Shown here piece by piece: positions 20,261-31,020 of a stretch of 64,000 nucleotides of DNA. A program made the translations under genes and the position numbers. Position 1 is the first letter of the stretch. Each line of letters begins with the position of its first letter. Source of the DNA: Salinarimonadaceae bacterium. Lineage in GTDB: Bacteria > Pseudomonadota > Alphaproteobacteria > Rhizobiales > Beijerinckiaceae. Where the stretch lies: the NCBI GenBank assembly GCA_050485405.1, contig JBJHBI010000011.1:16112-80111 (forward strand), given 5' to 3'. The notes under the pieces were generated by a model, which saw nothing but the letters and a program-made list of their open reading frames with translations, was not told where the DNA came from and ran no database searches.

Positions 20261-21409
20261 TCATTCCCCGATCACGCCGCCGAGATCGGCAAGGCGCGTG
20301 GTGTAGTGGTCGGTATCGCCGAACAGCTTCTCGATCATGGTCGCACGCTTGAAGGAGTGCGCCACCTTGTATTCCATGGTGACCGCCACCCCTCCATGCA
20401 GCTGAACGGCGTTCTGGCCGACGAAGCGGCATGAATTTCCGATCTGTACTTTCGATGCGGCGACGGCGCGGGCGCGCTCGGTCGCATCTTCCTCCTGCAC
20501 CATCATCGAGGCGAACATCGCCATGGAACGCGCCTGTTCCAGCGCGATGAACATGTCGGCGGCGGCGTGCTGGAGCACCTGGAAACTGCCGATATGGGTG
20601 CCGAACTGGTTGCGGACTTTCATATAGTCCACGGTCGCCTCGTGCATGTCCGCCATGACGCCTACCGCTTCCGCGCACAGGGCGGCGATCGCCTCCTCGA
20701 CGACACGGGTGATCACGGGATAGGCCTCATCGCGGGTGCCGATCAGGGCCGAGGCGGGCACGCGGACGTCTTCGAAGCTGATTTCCGCCCCGCGCGCCCC
20801 GTCCTGCGTGGCATAGCCGCGCCGGCTGACGCCGTCGGCCTTGGCATCGACGAGGAAGAGCGAGATGCCGGCCTCGTCGCGCTGGCTGCCGGAGGTGCGT
20901 GCCGAGACGATCAGGATGTCGGCGCTGTCGCCGGAGAGCACCAGCCCCTTCTCGCCGGAAATCACGTAATGCTCGCCATCCGCACGCGCGGTCGTGGCGA
21001 CGTCGTGGAGATCGTAGCGCGCTTGTCGCTCCTGATGGGCGAAGGCGTAGAGCTTCTCGCCGCCCGCGATGGCGGCGATATGTTCCGCGCGCTGCTCGGG
21101 CGATCCGGCCCGGCGCAGGATGCCGCCGGCGAGGATGACGCTCGCCAGATAGGGCTCGACCACGAGGGAGCGCCCGAACGCCTCCATCACGATCATGGTC
21201 TCGACCGGGCCGCCACCCATGCCGCCGTCATCCTCGGAGAAGGGCAGGGCGAGCAGGCCCATTTCGGCAAAGGCGCTCCAGATCTCCCGGTCGAAACCCT
21301 CCGGCGAGGCGGAGATCTTGCGCCGCGTATCGAAATCGTAGCGCGCGCCGAGCAGCTTCTCGACGCTGTCCTTGAGCATGCGTTGTTCGTCGTTGAGATC
21401 GAAATCCAT
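20261..21409 (-). CDS. Acyl-CoA dehydrogenase family protein (possible non-catalytic partner subunit)
   Basis: 382 aa of ACAD fold, 9 nt downstream of the preceding ACAD gene. The C-terminus ...[12 protein letters not shown] lacks the usual YEG-type motif. Confidence 0.82.
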   Translation of the reverse strand: MDFDLNDEQRMLKDSVEKLLGARYDFDTRRKISASPEGFDREIWSAFAEMGLLALPFSEDDGGMGGGPVETMIVMEAFGRSLVVEPYLASVILAGGILRRAGSPEQRAEHIAAIAGGEKLYAFAHQERQARYDLHDVATTARADGEHYVISGEKGLVLSGDSADILIVSARTSGSQRDEAGISLFLVDAKADGVSRRGYATQDGARGAEISFEDVRVPASALIGTRDEAYPVITRVVEEAIAALCAEAVGVMADMHEATVDYMKVRNQFGTHIGSFQVLQHAAADMFIALEQARSMAMFASMMVQEEDATERARAVAASKVQIGNSCRFVGQNAVQLHGGVAVTMEYKVAHSFKRATMIEKLFGDTDHYTTRLADLGGVIGE

Positions 21410-21418
21410 GACCTGTCC

Positions 21419-22618
21419 TCAGAGCCCGAGTATCGCTTTGGCGATGATGTTCTTCTGAATCTCGTTCGAGCCGCCGTAGATCGAGACTTTCCGCGTGTTG
21501 AAATAATTCGGCGCGATCATCTGCGCCCATTCCGGCCCGATGGGAGGTTCGTTGCGGCCCTCTTCCTCGGGGGTGAAGGGCAGGGCGTAGGGGCCGACCA
21601 CGTCGAGGAGAAGCTCCGTCGTCGCCTGCTGGATCTGCGAGCCCTTGATCTTGAGGATCGAGGAGGCCGGGTCCGGCTTGTCGGAGGGGCGGTTGCGCGC
21701 CTCGGCGACGACGCGCAGCTGCGTCATTTCGAGCGCCTTGAGCTCGACTTCGAGGGCCGCGAGCTTCTCGCGGAAGCGCGGGTTCTCGATCAGCGGACGC
21801 TCGCCCGCCTTCTCGGCGCTCGCGAGACGGCGGATGCGGCGCACGCGTTCTTTCGAGATGCCGATCCGCGCGATGCCGGTGCGCTCGTTGCCGAGCAGGA
21901 ACTTGGCGTAATCCCAGCCTTTGTTTTCCTCGCCGACGAGGTTCTCGACGGGCACCTTCACGTCGTCGAAGAAGATCTCGTTGACCTCGTGCCCGCCGTC
22001 CAGCGTCTGGATCGGGCGCAGGGTGACGCCGGGGGATTTCATGTCGATGAGCAGGAAGGAGATGCCCATCTGCTTCTTGGGCGCGTCCGGATTGGTGCGC
22101 ACGAGGCAGAAGATCCAGTCGGCATACTGGCCGAGCGTGGTCCAGGTCTTCTGGCCGTTGACGATGTAATGATCGCCATCGCGCACGGCGCGGGTCTTCA
22201 GCGAGGCAAGATCGGAGCCGGCGCCGGGCTCGGAGAAGCCCTGGCACCACCAGTCATCCATGTTGCGGATGCGGGGCAGGAAGTAGTCCTTCTGCTTCTG
22301 ATTGCCGAAGGTGTAGATCACCGGCCCGACCATGCTGACGCCGAAGGAGAGCGGCTCGGGGGCGGGCGCGGCGAGGAGTTCCTCGCGGAAGACGTATTGC
22401 TGCACCGGGTCCCAGCCCGTGCCGCCGTATTCCACCGGCCAATGCGGCGCGGCCCATCCCTTCGCATTGAGAATGCGCATCCAGGTGACCATGTCGTCGC
22501 GCGAGAAATGCTTGCCGAGCGTCAGCTTTGTGCGGATCGATTCGGGCACGTTCTCTCGGAAGAAGGCGCGAACCTCGTCGCGAAAGGCGATCTCTTCCGG
22601 GGTGAATCTCAGATCCAT
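21419..22618 (-). CDS. Acyl-CoA dehydrogenase family protein
   Basis: 399 aa with WWCQGFSEPGAGSDLAS and a C-terminal IYGGSNEIQKNIIAK. Confidence 0.88.
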   Translation of the reverse strand: MDLRFTPEEIAFRDEVRAFFRENVPESIRTKLTLGKHFSRDDMVTWMRILNAKGWAAPHWPVEYGGTGWDPVQQYVFREELLAAPAPEPLSFGVSMVGPVIYTFGNQKQKDYFLPRIRNMDDWWCQGFSEPGAGSDLASLKTRAVRDGDHYIVNGQKTWTTLGQYADWIFCLVRTNPDAPKKQMGISFLLIDMKSPGVTLRPIQTLDGGHEVNEIFFDDVKVPVENLVGEENKGWDYAKFLLGNERTGIARIGISKERVRRIRRLASAEKAGERPLIENPRFREKLAALEVELKALEMTQLRVVAEARNRPSDKPDPASSILKIKGSQIQQATTELLLDVVGPYALPFTPEEEGRNEPPIGPEWAQMIAPNYFNTRKVSIYGGSNEIQKNIIAKAILGL

Positions 22619-22713
22619 CTTCGTCTCCCTCGCGCCGGTAATGCCCGCTCGCTCGTCATGGCCGCTGCTTACGGCTGTCGATGGCGGCTTGCAATCCGTT
22701 TATATTTCGCATA

Positions 22714-22730
22714 GCAAAACCATGTTTTGC
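22714..22730. promoter_or_regulatory. Candidate operator palindrome GCAAAAC-CAT-GTTTTGC in the divergent beta-oxidation promoter region
   Basis: Perfect 7-bp arms sit in an AT-richer patch between the ACAD operon (minus strand) and the thiolase operon (plus strand). Confidence 0.35.
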
Positions 22731-22929
22731 AGTGCGTTCGAAACTAGGAAGGCGGCTTGCGCTTGTCAACGCGACATCGCGCAATCACATCGGGTGTGTT
22801 CGCCCAATCCGCGTTTTCGCAAATGCAGCGCACGCGAACCCGCCGGCTTCGGCATAGTGCCGCGAGCAAACCGGTCAGGATCTGCGACAGAAGCGCCCGC
22901 GCGACGGGTGCCGTTACGAGGAGGATATC

Positions 22930-24132
22930 ATGCGCGAGGCCGTCATCGTCTCCACCGCCCGCACGCCGATCGGCAAGGCCTATCGCGGCGCTTTCAACGA
23001 CACCCAGGCCCAGACGCTGGGCGGCCACGCGATCGCGCAGGCCGTCGCGCGGGCGGGCATCGATCCGGCCACGGTCGACGACGTGATCATGGGCGCGGCC
23101 CTCCAGCAGGGCTCGACCGGCTACAACATCGCCCGCCAGAGCGCGCTTGCGGCCGGCCTGCCGGTGAGCGTCGCCGGCATGTCGATCGACCGCCAATGCG
23201 CCTCCGGCCTGATGGCGATCGCGACCGCGGCCAAGCAGATCGTCGCAGACGGCATGACCACCGCGATCGGCGGCGGGCTCGAATCGATCTCGCTCGTCCA
23301 GAACGACAAGGCCAACCGCTTCCGTGCGCAGGATCCGGCCCTGCTCGAGCGGGTGCCGCACATGTATATCGCGATGCTCGAAACCGCCGAGATCGTAGCC
23401 AAGCGCTACGGCGTCTCGCGCGCGGCGCAGGACGAATACGCCCTGCAATCTCAGCAGCGCACGGCGCAGGCGCAGTCCGAGGGGCGCTTCGATGCCGAGA
23501 TCGCGCCGATGCCCTCCACCATGCTCGTCATGGACAAGGCGACCGGCGAGACTTCGAAGCGCGACGTGACGCTGGAGCGCGACGAGGGCAACCGCCCCCA
23601 GACCACGCTCGCCGATCTCGAAAAGCTCCAGCCGGTCTTCAAGGACGGGCAGGAGATCAAGGAAGGCGCCTTTATCACCGCCGGCAACGCCTCGCAGCTT
23701 TCCGACGGCGCGAGCGCGAGCGTGCTGATGGAGGCGCGTGAGGCCGAAAAGCGCGGACTGACGCCGCTCGGCGCCTATCGCGGCATGGCGGTGGCCGGCT
23801 GCGAGCCCGACGAGATGGGCATCGGCCCGGTCTTCGCCGTGCCCAAGCTCCTCAAGCAGCACGGCCTGACCATGGACGATATCGGCATCTGGGAGCTCAA
23901 CGAGGCTTTCGCCGTGCAGGTGCTCTATTGCCGCGACAAGCTCGGCATTCCCAATGACCGGCTCAACGTGTCGGGCGGCGCGATTTCCATCGGCCATCCC
24001 TACGGCATGTCGGGCGCGCGGATGACCGGGCATCTGCTGATCGAGGGCAAGCGACGCAGGGCGAAATACGGTGTCGTGACCATGTGCGTCGGCGGCGGCA
24101 TGGGCGCGGCCGGCCTGTTCGAGATATTCTGA
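22930..24132 (+). CDS. Acetyl-CoA C-acyltransferase (thiolase)
   Basis: 400 aa beginning [22 protein letters not shown], with active-site context IDRQCASGL and C-terminal CVGGGMG. Confidence 0.9.
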   Translation: MREAVIVSTARTPIGKAYRGAFNDTQAQTLGGHAIAQAVARAGIDPATVDDVIMGAALQQGSTGYNIARQSALAAGLPVSVAGMSIDRQCASGLMAIATAAKQIVADGMTTAIGGGLESISLVQNDKANRFRAQDPALLERVPHMYIAMLETAEIVAKRYGVSRAAQDEYALQSQQRTAQAQSEGRFDAEIAPMPSTMLVMDKATGETSKRDVTLERDEGNRPQTTLADLEKLQPVFKDGQEIKEGAFITAGNASQLSDGASASVLMEAREAEKRGLTPLGAYRGMAVAGCEPDEMGIGPVFAVPKLLKQHGLTMDDIGIWELNEAFAVQVLYCRDKLGIPNDRLNVSGGAISIGHPYGMSGARMTGHLLIEGKRRRAKYGVVTMCVGGGMGAAGLFEIF

Positions 24133-24190
24133 GCCCTCGGCCCTGAATCCTGAGCGCAAAAACCAATAACGATTTCTACTGGAGAGCACC

Positions 24191-26269
24191 ATGGCCGCCA
24201 TCAACGACGTCGTGGATTTGACCCGCGAAGGCGAAGTCGCCGTCATCACACTCGATTCCCCGCCCGTGAACGCGCTTTCGGCGCAGCTGCGCGCGGGCAT
24301 CGCCCAGGCCATCGAGCAGGCCGTCGCAGATGATGCGGCGAAGGCGATCGTGCTGACCTGCGCGGGGCGCACCTTCTGCGCCGGCGCGGACATCACGGAA
24401 TTCGGCAAGCCGCCGAAGGATCCGAGCCTCTCCGCCGTGCAGGCGGTGATCGAGGCCGCGCCCAAGCCCGTGATCGCCGCGATCCACGGCACCGCGCTCG
24501 GCGGCGGGCTGGAACTCGCGCTTTCCTGCCATTACCGCGTCGCGGTGCCCTCGGCGAAATGCGGCCTGCCGGAAGTCAAGCTCGGCATCCTGCCCGGCGC
24601 GGGTGGCACGCAACGCCTGCCGCGCATCGTCGGCGCCGAGCGTGCGCTCGAAATGATCACCTCCGGTGCGCATGTGAAGGCGAAGGACGCCGCTGCGATG
24701 GGGCTGTTCGACAAGCTCGTCACGGAAGGTCAGCTGCGCGAGGAAGCCATCGCCTTCGCCCGCGAGGTCATCGCCTCCGGAGCGCCGCTGAAGAAAGTCC
24801 GCGATCTCGACGAGGCGATCGCCCCGGCGCGCGGCAAGCCGGAGATTTTCGAGGAGTTCCGCAAGAAGAACGCCCGCAAGTTCCGCGGCTTCGAGGCGCC
24901 CGAGGCCTGCATCAAGGCGGTCGAGGCCGCCGTCGAGAAGCCGTTCGAGGAAGGGCTCGCCTTCGAGCGTTCGCTTTTCGAGACGCTCGTTGCGAGCGAG
25001 CAATCGGCGGCGCAGCGCTATGCCTTCTTCGCCGAGCGCGAGGCGGCGAAGATCCCCGATATCCCCAAGGACACCCCCACCCGCGAGATCGCCCGCGTGG
25101 GCGTGATCGGCGCCGGGACGATGGGCGGCGGCATTTCGATGAACTTCCTCAATGCCGGCATCCCCGTCACCATCGTCGAGACGAAGCAGGAAGCGCTCGA
25201 TCGCGGGCTGGGCGTCATCCGCAAGAATTACGAGAGCTCCGCAAAACGCGGGCGGCTCTCCATGGAGGATGTCGAAAAGCGCATGGCGCTGATCACGCCG
25301 AGCCTGTCGCTCGATGATCTCGCTGATTGCGATCTCGTGATCGAGGCGGTGTTCGAGCTGATGGAGGTGAAGAAGGAGATCTTCACCAAGCTCGACGGCA
25401 TCTGCAAGTCGGGCGCGATCATGGCCAGCAACACCTCATATCTCGATATCGACGAGATCGCCTCGGTGACGAAGCGCCCCGGCGACGTGCTCGGCATGCA
25501 TTTCTTCTCGCCGGCCAACGTCATGCGCCTGCTCGAAGTGGTGCGCGGCGAGAAGACGGAGAAGGACGTCGTCGCGACCGCGATGGCGCTCGGCAAGCGC
25601 ATCGGCAAGGTGGCGGTCTGCGTCGGCGTCGCCCACGGCTTTGTCGGTAACCGCATGCTCTCGGAGCGCCAGCGCGAAGCGAATAATCTCATCATGGAAG
25701 GGGCGATGCCCTGGGATGTCGACCGGGTGCTGTATGATTTCGGTCTGCCCATGGGCCCCTTCGCCATGGCCGATCTCGCCGGGCTCGATCTCGGCTGGAC
25801 ACCGGAGAATTCCACCGGTGAGACCGCCAAGGAGCGGCTGTGCGAGATCGACCGGCGCGGCCAGAAGAACGGCAAGGGTTTTTATGATTACGACGAGAAC
25901 CGCAAGGCGACGCCCTCGAAGGTGACCGAGGAGATCATCCTCGAATTGTCACGCGCCAAGGGCATCACCCGCCGCGCCATCAGCGATCAGGAAATTCTGG
26001 AGCGCTGCATCTATCCGATGATCAACGAGGGCGCGAAGATCCTCGAAGAGGGCAAGGCCCTGCGCGCCTCGGATATCGATATCGTCTGGCTGACGGGCTA
26101 TGGCTGGCCGGTCTATCGCGGCGGGCCGATGTTCTATGCCGATACGATCGGGCCCGACAAGGTCGTCGCCGCGCTCGAAGGCTATGCGAAGACTCTCGGC
26201 CCGGATTTCGAGCCGGCGCCGCTGCTCGTGCGCGCCGCGCAAGAAGGCAAGCGCCTCAGCGGCATGTAA
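24191..26269 (+). CDS. Bifunctional enoyl-CoA hydratase / 3-hydroxyacyl-CoA dehydrogenase (FadB/FadJ-like)
   Basis: 692 aa with an N-terminal crotonase fold ([10 protein letters not shown]) and a central NAD motif [13 protein letters not shown]. Confidence 0.9.
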   Translation: MAAINDVVDLTREGEVAVITLDSPPVNALSAQLRAGIAQAIEQAVADDAAKAIVLTCAGRTFCAGADITEFGKPPKDPSLSAVQAVIEAAPKPVIAAIHGTALGGGLELALSCHYRVAVPSAKCGLPEVKLGILPGAGGTQRLPRIVGAERALEMITSGAHVKAKDAAAMGLFDKLVTEGQLREEAIAFAREVIASGAPLKKVRDLDEAIAPARGKPEIFEEFRKKNARKFRGFEAPEACIKAVEAAVEKPFEEGLAFERSLFETLVASEQSAAQRYAFFAEREAAKIPDIPKDTPTREIARVGVIGAGTMGGGISMNFLNAGIPVTIVETKQEALDRGLGVIRKNYESSAKRGRLSMEDVEKRMALITPSLSLDDLADCDLVIEAVFELMEVKKEIFTKLDGICKSGAIMASNTSYLDIDEIASVTKRPGDVLGMHFFSPANVMRLLEVVRGEKTEKDVVATAMALGKRIGKVAVCVGVAHGFVGNRMLSERQREANNLIMEGAMPWDVDRVLYDFGLPMGPFAMADLAGLDLGWTPENSTGETAKERLCEIDRRGQKNGKGFYDYDENRKATPSKVTEEIILELSRAKGITRRAISDQEILERCIYPMINEGAKILEEGKALRASDIDIVWLTGYGWPVYRGGPMFYADTIGPDKVVAALEGYAKTLGPDFEPAPLLVRAAQEGKRLSGM

Positions 26270-26318
26270 GAGCGGCATGTGATCGAAGGCGCGGCAGCCC
26301 TGGATGGGGGCCGCCGCG

Positions 26319-27905
26319 TCACGCTTCTTCCAGCGCCCGGCGCAGCTTGCGGATCAGGGCGCGTTTGCCGCGCGCATCGGCTTTTCCTTCGATCGCCTCG
26401 TTCAGATCGAGGATGAGCCGCGACATCTCGTTGCTCCAGTCCTGATGCGCGACGGCTTCGTGCGGCACGCGCGGATGGCGCTCGGTCTCATGCAGGACCG
26501 CGCCTTCCGGCGTCAGCGTGAAGCGATCGTCGAGCTGCGGCAGGTGGATGCGCTCGCGCGGCACGATATCCGCGATGCGATCGGCCAGCCCGTTCAGGGC
26601 CGCTTCCTCGCCATGGGTGAGGAAGATGCCGCCATCGACGGGCAGCCGATCGGCGATCCAGTCGCGCAGGCCCGCGCCGTCGGCGTGGCCGGAATAGAGG
26701 TCGAGCGTGCGGATGCGGGCGCGCACCTGGATCTCGTCGCCCATGATGCGCACGCGCTCCGCCCCCTCCTGGAGGATGCGCCCGAGCGTGCCCTGCGCCT
26801 GGAAGCCGACGAAGAGCACCGTCGTCTGCGATCGCCACAGGCGATGCTTGAGATGGTGGCGCACGCGGCCCGCATCGGCCATGCCGCTCGCCGAGATGAT
26901 GATGTGGAAGCCGCTCAGACGGTCGAGCGCCTTGGAGGCCTCCACGCTCTCGGTGAACCGCACATAGGGCGCGCGCATCGCCTCGCGCAGGGCCTCGCCG
27001 TGTTCGAGTTCGTGGGCATGCGCGGCGAAGGTCTCGCTCGCCCGGGTGGCGAGCGGTGAATCGATGAAGATCTGCGCACGCGGCACGGCGCGGCTGTCGA
27101 TCAGATGGGCGAGATCGACGAGCAGCTCCTGCGTGCGCTCGACGGCGAAGGAGGGGATGATCAGGGCGCCCCCGGCCTCCATGGCGCGGATCACCTCCTC
27201 GCGCAGCAGGTCGCGCCGATGCGCCTCGCTCGCATCGCTACGGTCGCGATCGCCATAGGTGCTCTCGCAGATCACGTAATCGAAGCCGCTTGGCGCCTCC
27301 GGGTCGGGATGGAGCAGCTTGAATTGCGGGCCGATATCGCCGGAAGCGAGCAACCGCACGGGCTTGTCGCCGTTTCCTGAAGCGATTTCGAATTCCACCG
27401 AGGCCGAGCCGAGGAGGTGGCCGGCATTCCAGAATCGGATCCGGATACCCGGTGCGATCGCCTGCCAGCGCTCATAGGCGACAGGCGAGAACTGCGTCAG
27501 CGCCTGCGCCGCATCCTCCGCCGTATAGATCGGCGTGACCTGGTTTCGCCCGCGCTGGGCGTTGCGGCGGTTGAGTTGGGCGACCTCCATTTCCTGGATA
27601 TGTCCGGAATCCGGGAGCATGAAACGGCACAGATCCGCGGTCGGCGGCGTCGCGAAGATCGGGCCGGCAAAGCCCGCGCCTGTAAGCTTGGGCACGAGGC
27701 CGGAATGGTCGATATGGGCATGGGTGAGCACCAGCGCATCGAGCGTGGCGGGATCGAAAGGGAAGGGGCGATAATTCAGCTCGCGCTCCGATTTCGCGCC
27801 CTGCACCAGTCCGCAATCGATCAGGACCTTCGCCGCATCGCTCTCGAGCAGGAAGCACGACCCGGTCACCGCATGCGCGGCGCCGTGAAAGGTGAGCGTG
27901 ACCAT
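26319..27905 (-). CDS. MBL-fold beta-CASP family hydrolase (RNA-metabolising type)
   Basis: 528 aa beginning MVTLTFHGAAHAVTGSCFLLE, with the HxHxDH motif THAHIDHSG and a beta-CASP-length body. Confidence 0.8.
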   Translation of the reverse strand: MVTLTFHGAAHAVTGSCFLLESDAAKVLIDCGLVQGAKSERELNYRPFPFDPATLDALVLTHAHIDHSGLVPKLTGAGFAGPIFATPPTADLCRFMLPDSGHIQEMEVAQLNRRNAQRGRNQVTPIYTAEDAAQALTQFSPVAYERWQAIAPGIRIRFWNAGHLLGSASVEFEIASGNGDKPVRLLASGDIGPQFKLLHPDPEAPSGFDYVICESTYGDRDRSDASEAHRRDLLREEVIRAMEAGGALIIPSFAVERTQELLVDLAHLIDSRAVPRAQIFIDSPLATRASETFAAHAHELEHGEALREAMRAPYVRFTESVEASKALDRLSGFHIIISASGMADAGRVRHHLKHRLWRSQTTVLFVGFQAQGTLGRILQEGAERVRIMGDEIQVRARIRTLDLYSGHADGAGLRDWIADRLPVDGGIFLTHGEEAALNGLADRIADIVPRERIHLPQLDDRFTLTPEGAVLHETERHPRVPHEAVAHQDWSNEMSRLILDLNEAIEGKADARGKRALIRKLRRALEEA

Positions 27906-28004
27906 CGGTAATCCTCCCCGGAACCCTCGGCTTTTGCCGTTTTTCTCGATTCTGCCCGCATTCTAGCCCCGCCCATCGCGCCGCGCGAGGCTCAGCAGCG
28001 ATCT

Positions 28005-30392
28005 TCAGCCGCTATCCTCGCAGCGTTTCACCACATCCTTGACCTGCAGGAAGCTGTCGGGCGTCACCGAGATCGTGTCGATGCCCTTCTCGACGAGGAA
28101 GGCGGCGAATTCCGGGTGGTCGCTCGGCGCCTGCCCGCAAAGGCCGATCTTCACGCCGGCGGCGTTGGCCGCCTCGATCACATGGCCGATCATCCACTTC
28201 ACAGCCGCATCCTGCTCGTCGAACAATTGCGACAGGCTGCCCGCATCGCGGTCGACGCCGAGGGTGAGCTGGGTGAGATCGTTGGAGCCGATGGAGAAGC
28301 CGTCGAAGCGTTTGGCGAATTCCTCGGCGAGGATGACGTTGGAGGGGATCTCGCACATCACATAGACCTGCAAGCCCTTCTCGCCGCGCACTAATCCGTT
28401 CTCGGCCATGACCTCCAGCACCTTGTCCGCCTCCTGGAGAGAGCGGCAGAAGGGGATCATGACGATGACGTTGTCGAGGCCGATCTCCTCGCGCAGCTTG
28501 CGGATGGCGCGGCATTCGAGCGCGAAACCGTCGCGATAGCGGTCGCTATAGTAGCGCGAGGCGCCGCGGAAGCCGAGCATCGGATTCTCTTCCTTCGGCT
28601 CGAACTGCGCGCCGCCGATCAGCCCGGCATATTCGTTGGTCTTGAAGTCGCTCATGCGCACGATGGTGGGCTTGGGATAATAGGTCGCCGCGATCTTCGC
28701 GAGCCCCTGGGCCAGCCGGTCGACAAAATAGTCACCCATGTCCGCATAGCCGCGCGTCAGCTCCTCGATGGTCTCGCGCGCCTCATCATCCTCCAGCTTG
28801 TCGAAGCGCGTGAGAACGACCGGGTGGACCTTGATCCAGTTGTTGATGACGAACTCCATCCGCGCGAGGCCGACACCCTCCGCCGGCAGGCGCCACCAGC
28901 GAAAGGCTGCGGCGGGGTTGCCGACATTGAGCATGATCTTCGTGCGCGTGTCGGGAATGTCGTCGAGGGAGAGCGTCTCGACTTCGAACTCGCCGATCCC
29001 CTCATAGACGAAACCCTCGTCACCCTCGGCGCAGGAGACGGTGACCTCCTGCTCGTCATGCAGGACCTGCGTCGCGTCGCCGGTGCCGACAATGGCCGGC
29101 AGGCCGAGCTCGCGGCTGACGATGGCCGCATGCGAGGTGCGTCCGCCATGGTCGGTGACGATCGCCGCCGCGCGCTTCATGATCGGCACCCAGTCGGGAT
29201 CGGTGGTATCGGTGACGAGGATCGAGCCGTCGATGAACTTGTCGATATCCTTGACGCTCTTGATCACGCTGACTTCGCCGGTCACGACGCTGTCGCCGAT
29301 GGCGAGACCGGAAATCAGGGGCTTGCCCTTCTTCGTGACCGTGTAGTGCTTCAACTCGCCCGCATCAAGCCGCGATTGCACCGTCTCGGGCCGGGCCTGT
29401 ACGATGAAGAGCCCGCCGGTTTCGCCGTCCTTCGCCCATTCGATATCCATCGGGCATTCGTAATGCCGCTCGATATCGCGCGCCCAGCGTGCGAGCCGGA
29501 CGATCTCCTCGTCGCTGAGCACCTGCGCATCGCGTTCCTTCTGTGAGGTGTTGACGTTGCGCACGGGGCTGTCGCCGGATTTGGCGTAGATCATCTTGAT
29601 CTTCTTGGAGCCGCGTTTCTTCTCCAGAATCGGCATCAGCGCAGCATCGTCGAGCAGCGGCTTGAACACGGTATATTCATCGGGATCAACGGCGCCCTGC
29701 ACCACGTTCTCGCCGAGTCCCCAGGCGGCGTTGATCAGGACGGCCCGCTCGAAGCCGGTCTCGGTATCGATGGAGAACATCACGCCGGACGCACCGGTAT
29801 CAGCGCGCACCATCTTCTGGACGCCGATGGAGAGCGCGACCTTGAAATGGTCGAAGCCCTTCGCCTTGCGATAGCTGATCGCGCGGTCGGTGAAGAGCGA
29901 GGCGTAGCAGCGCCGGCAGGCATCGAGCAGGGCCTTCTCGCCGGCGATGTTGAGGAAGCTCTCCTGCTGGCCGGCGAAGCTGGCATCGGGCAGATCCTCC
30001 GCCGTCGCACTCGAACGGACGGCGACATCCGCCTGATCCATATCGTATTTCCCGGAAAGCGTGCGATAGGAGGCGCGGATCGCCTCGGCGAGATCCTCCG
30101 GCCAGGTCGATTTCAGGAAGGCCTCGCGGATCGCCTTGCCGGTCTCCGCGAGAGTGGCATTGCCATCCTCCCAGGCGCCGATCTTCCCGGCGATGAGATC
30201 GCGCAGGTCGTTGGCATCGACGAAGCGCCAATAGGCATGCGCCGTCGTGGCGAAACCGTCCGGCACGTCGATACCGTGCTGCTTCAGCGTCTGGACCATC
30301 TCGCCGAGGGAGGAATTCTTGCCCCCGACCTTCTCGCCATCCTTGCGCCGCAAGCGCTCGAACCAGATGACGAATTCTTCGGATGCCGCCAT
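28005..30392 (-). CDS. ppsA: Phosphoenolpyruvate synthase
   Basis: 795 aa with N-terminal VGGKNSSLGEM, the phospho-His motif GGRTSHAAIVSRELGLPAIVG and a C-terminal PEP-utilising domain. Confidence 0.92.
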   Translation of the reverse strand: MAASEEFVIWFERLRRKDGEKVGGKNSSLGEMVQTLKQHGIDVPDGFATTAHAYWRFVDANDLRDLIAGKIGAWEDGNATLAETGKAIREAFLKSTWPEDLAEAIRASYRTLSGKYDMDQADVAVRSSATAEDLPDASFAGQQESFLNIAGEKALLDACRRCYASLFTDRAISYRKAKGFDHFKVALSIGVQKMVRADTGASGVMFSIDTETGFERAVLINAAWGLGENVVQGAVDPDEYTVFKPLLDDAALMPILEKKRGSKKIKMIYAKSGDSPVRNVNTSQKERDAQVLSDEEIVRLARWARDIERHYECPMDIEWAKDGETGGLFIVQARPETVQSRLDAGELKHYTVTKKGKPLISGLAIGDSVVTGEVSVIKSVKDIDKFIDGSILVTDTTDPDWVPIMKRAAAIVTDHGGRTSHAAIVSRELGLPAIVGTGDATQVLHDEQEVTVSCAEGDEGFVYEGIGEFEVETLSLDDIPDTRTKIMLNVGNPAAAFRWWRLPAEGVGLARMEFVINNWIKVHPVVLTRFDKLEDDEARETIEELTRGYADMGDYFVDRLAQGLAKIAATYYPKPTIVRMSDFKTNEYAGLIGGAQFEPKEENPMLGFRGASRYYSDRYRDGFALECRAIRKLREEIGLDNVIVMIPFCRSLQEADKVLEVMAENGLVRGEKGLQVYVMCEIPSNVILAEEFAKRFDGFSIGSNDLTQLTLGVDRDAGSLSQLFDEQDAAVKWMIGHVIEAANAAGVKIGLCGQAPSDHPEFAAFLVEKGIDTISVTPDSFLQVKDVVKRCEDSG

Positions 30393-30521
30393 GACGATCT
30401 CCCGTTGGCCTGTATGTCGTCCGCTTGGTGAACGACGACAGGCTGCCCGAGGATTGCCGGCGGCGCCTTGAGGAAGGTCAAGTCGTGGAAATCGATACCC
30501 GTTGCGGAGGCGCGGCCCGGC

Positions 30522-30890
30522 TCACACCCGGGGCGGCTTGACCGTGGTCGGCGGGGGGATCGCAATGCCGATCCGGCTCTGGAGCGTCGCGAGATTGGCG
30601 TTGCTGAGGCTGCCTCTCGCGCCGTCGAGGCGGATCACCGGCACTTCCGGATGGGCGCGTTCGAGCCGGTCCGCGACCGCGGCGAAGGCGGCGTCGGTAC
30701 GTGCGTCACTGTTGCCGGGAATGTGGAGCAGTACGGCATCCGGCTCGACGATGGATGCGAATACGTCCGGGGCGGCCTCGACCGAGGTGGTGATGCTGGC
30801 ATAACCCAGTTCGGCCAACTCCGCCGACAGGGCAGCTTCCGGTTCCCGATCGCCGTTATCTACGACGATGATACGCTTGAGTTCTGACAT
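30522..30890 (-). CDS. Hypothetical protein with a receiver-like pattern but no phospho-acceptor Asp
   Basis: 122 aa with coding-like GC3. It reads RIIVVDNGD ... DAVLLHIPG, with His where REC domains have Asp, then VPVIRLDG. No conserved Lys-Pro is seen. Confidence 0.55.
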   Translation of the reverse strand: MSELKRIIVVDNGDREPEAALSAELAELGYASITTSVEAAPDVFASIVEPDAVLLHIPGNSDARTDAAFAAVADRLERAHPEVPVIRLDGARGSLSNANLATLQSRIGIAIPPPTTVKPPRV

Positions 30891-31020
30891 GACATGTCCA
30901 TGGCCGGGCGTGATCTATAGCCACCTCGGCAATGACGCTAGCGTCGGGAGGTTCCGGAGTCGAGTGTGAAATACCCGTAGATCAGAGGTTATTTGTGCAG
31001 CGCAGCGCGCGAGACCCGCA

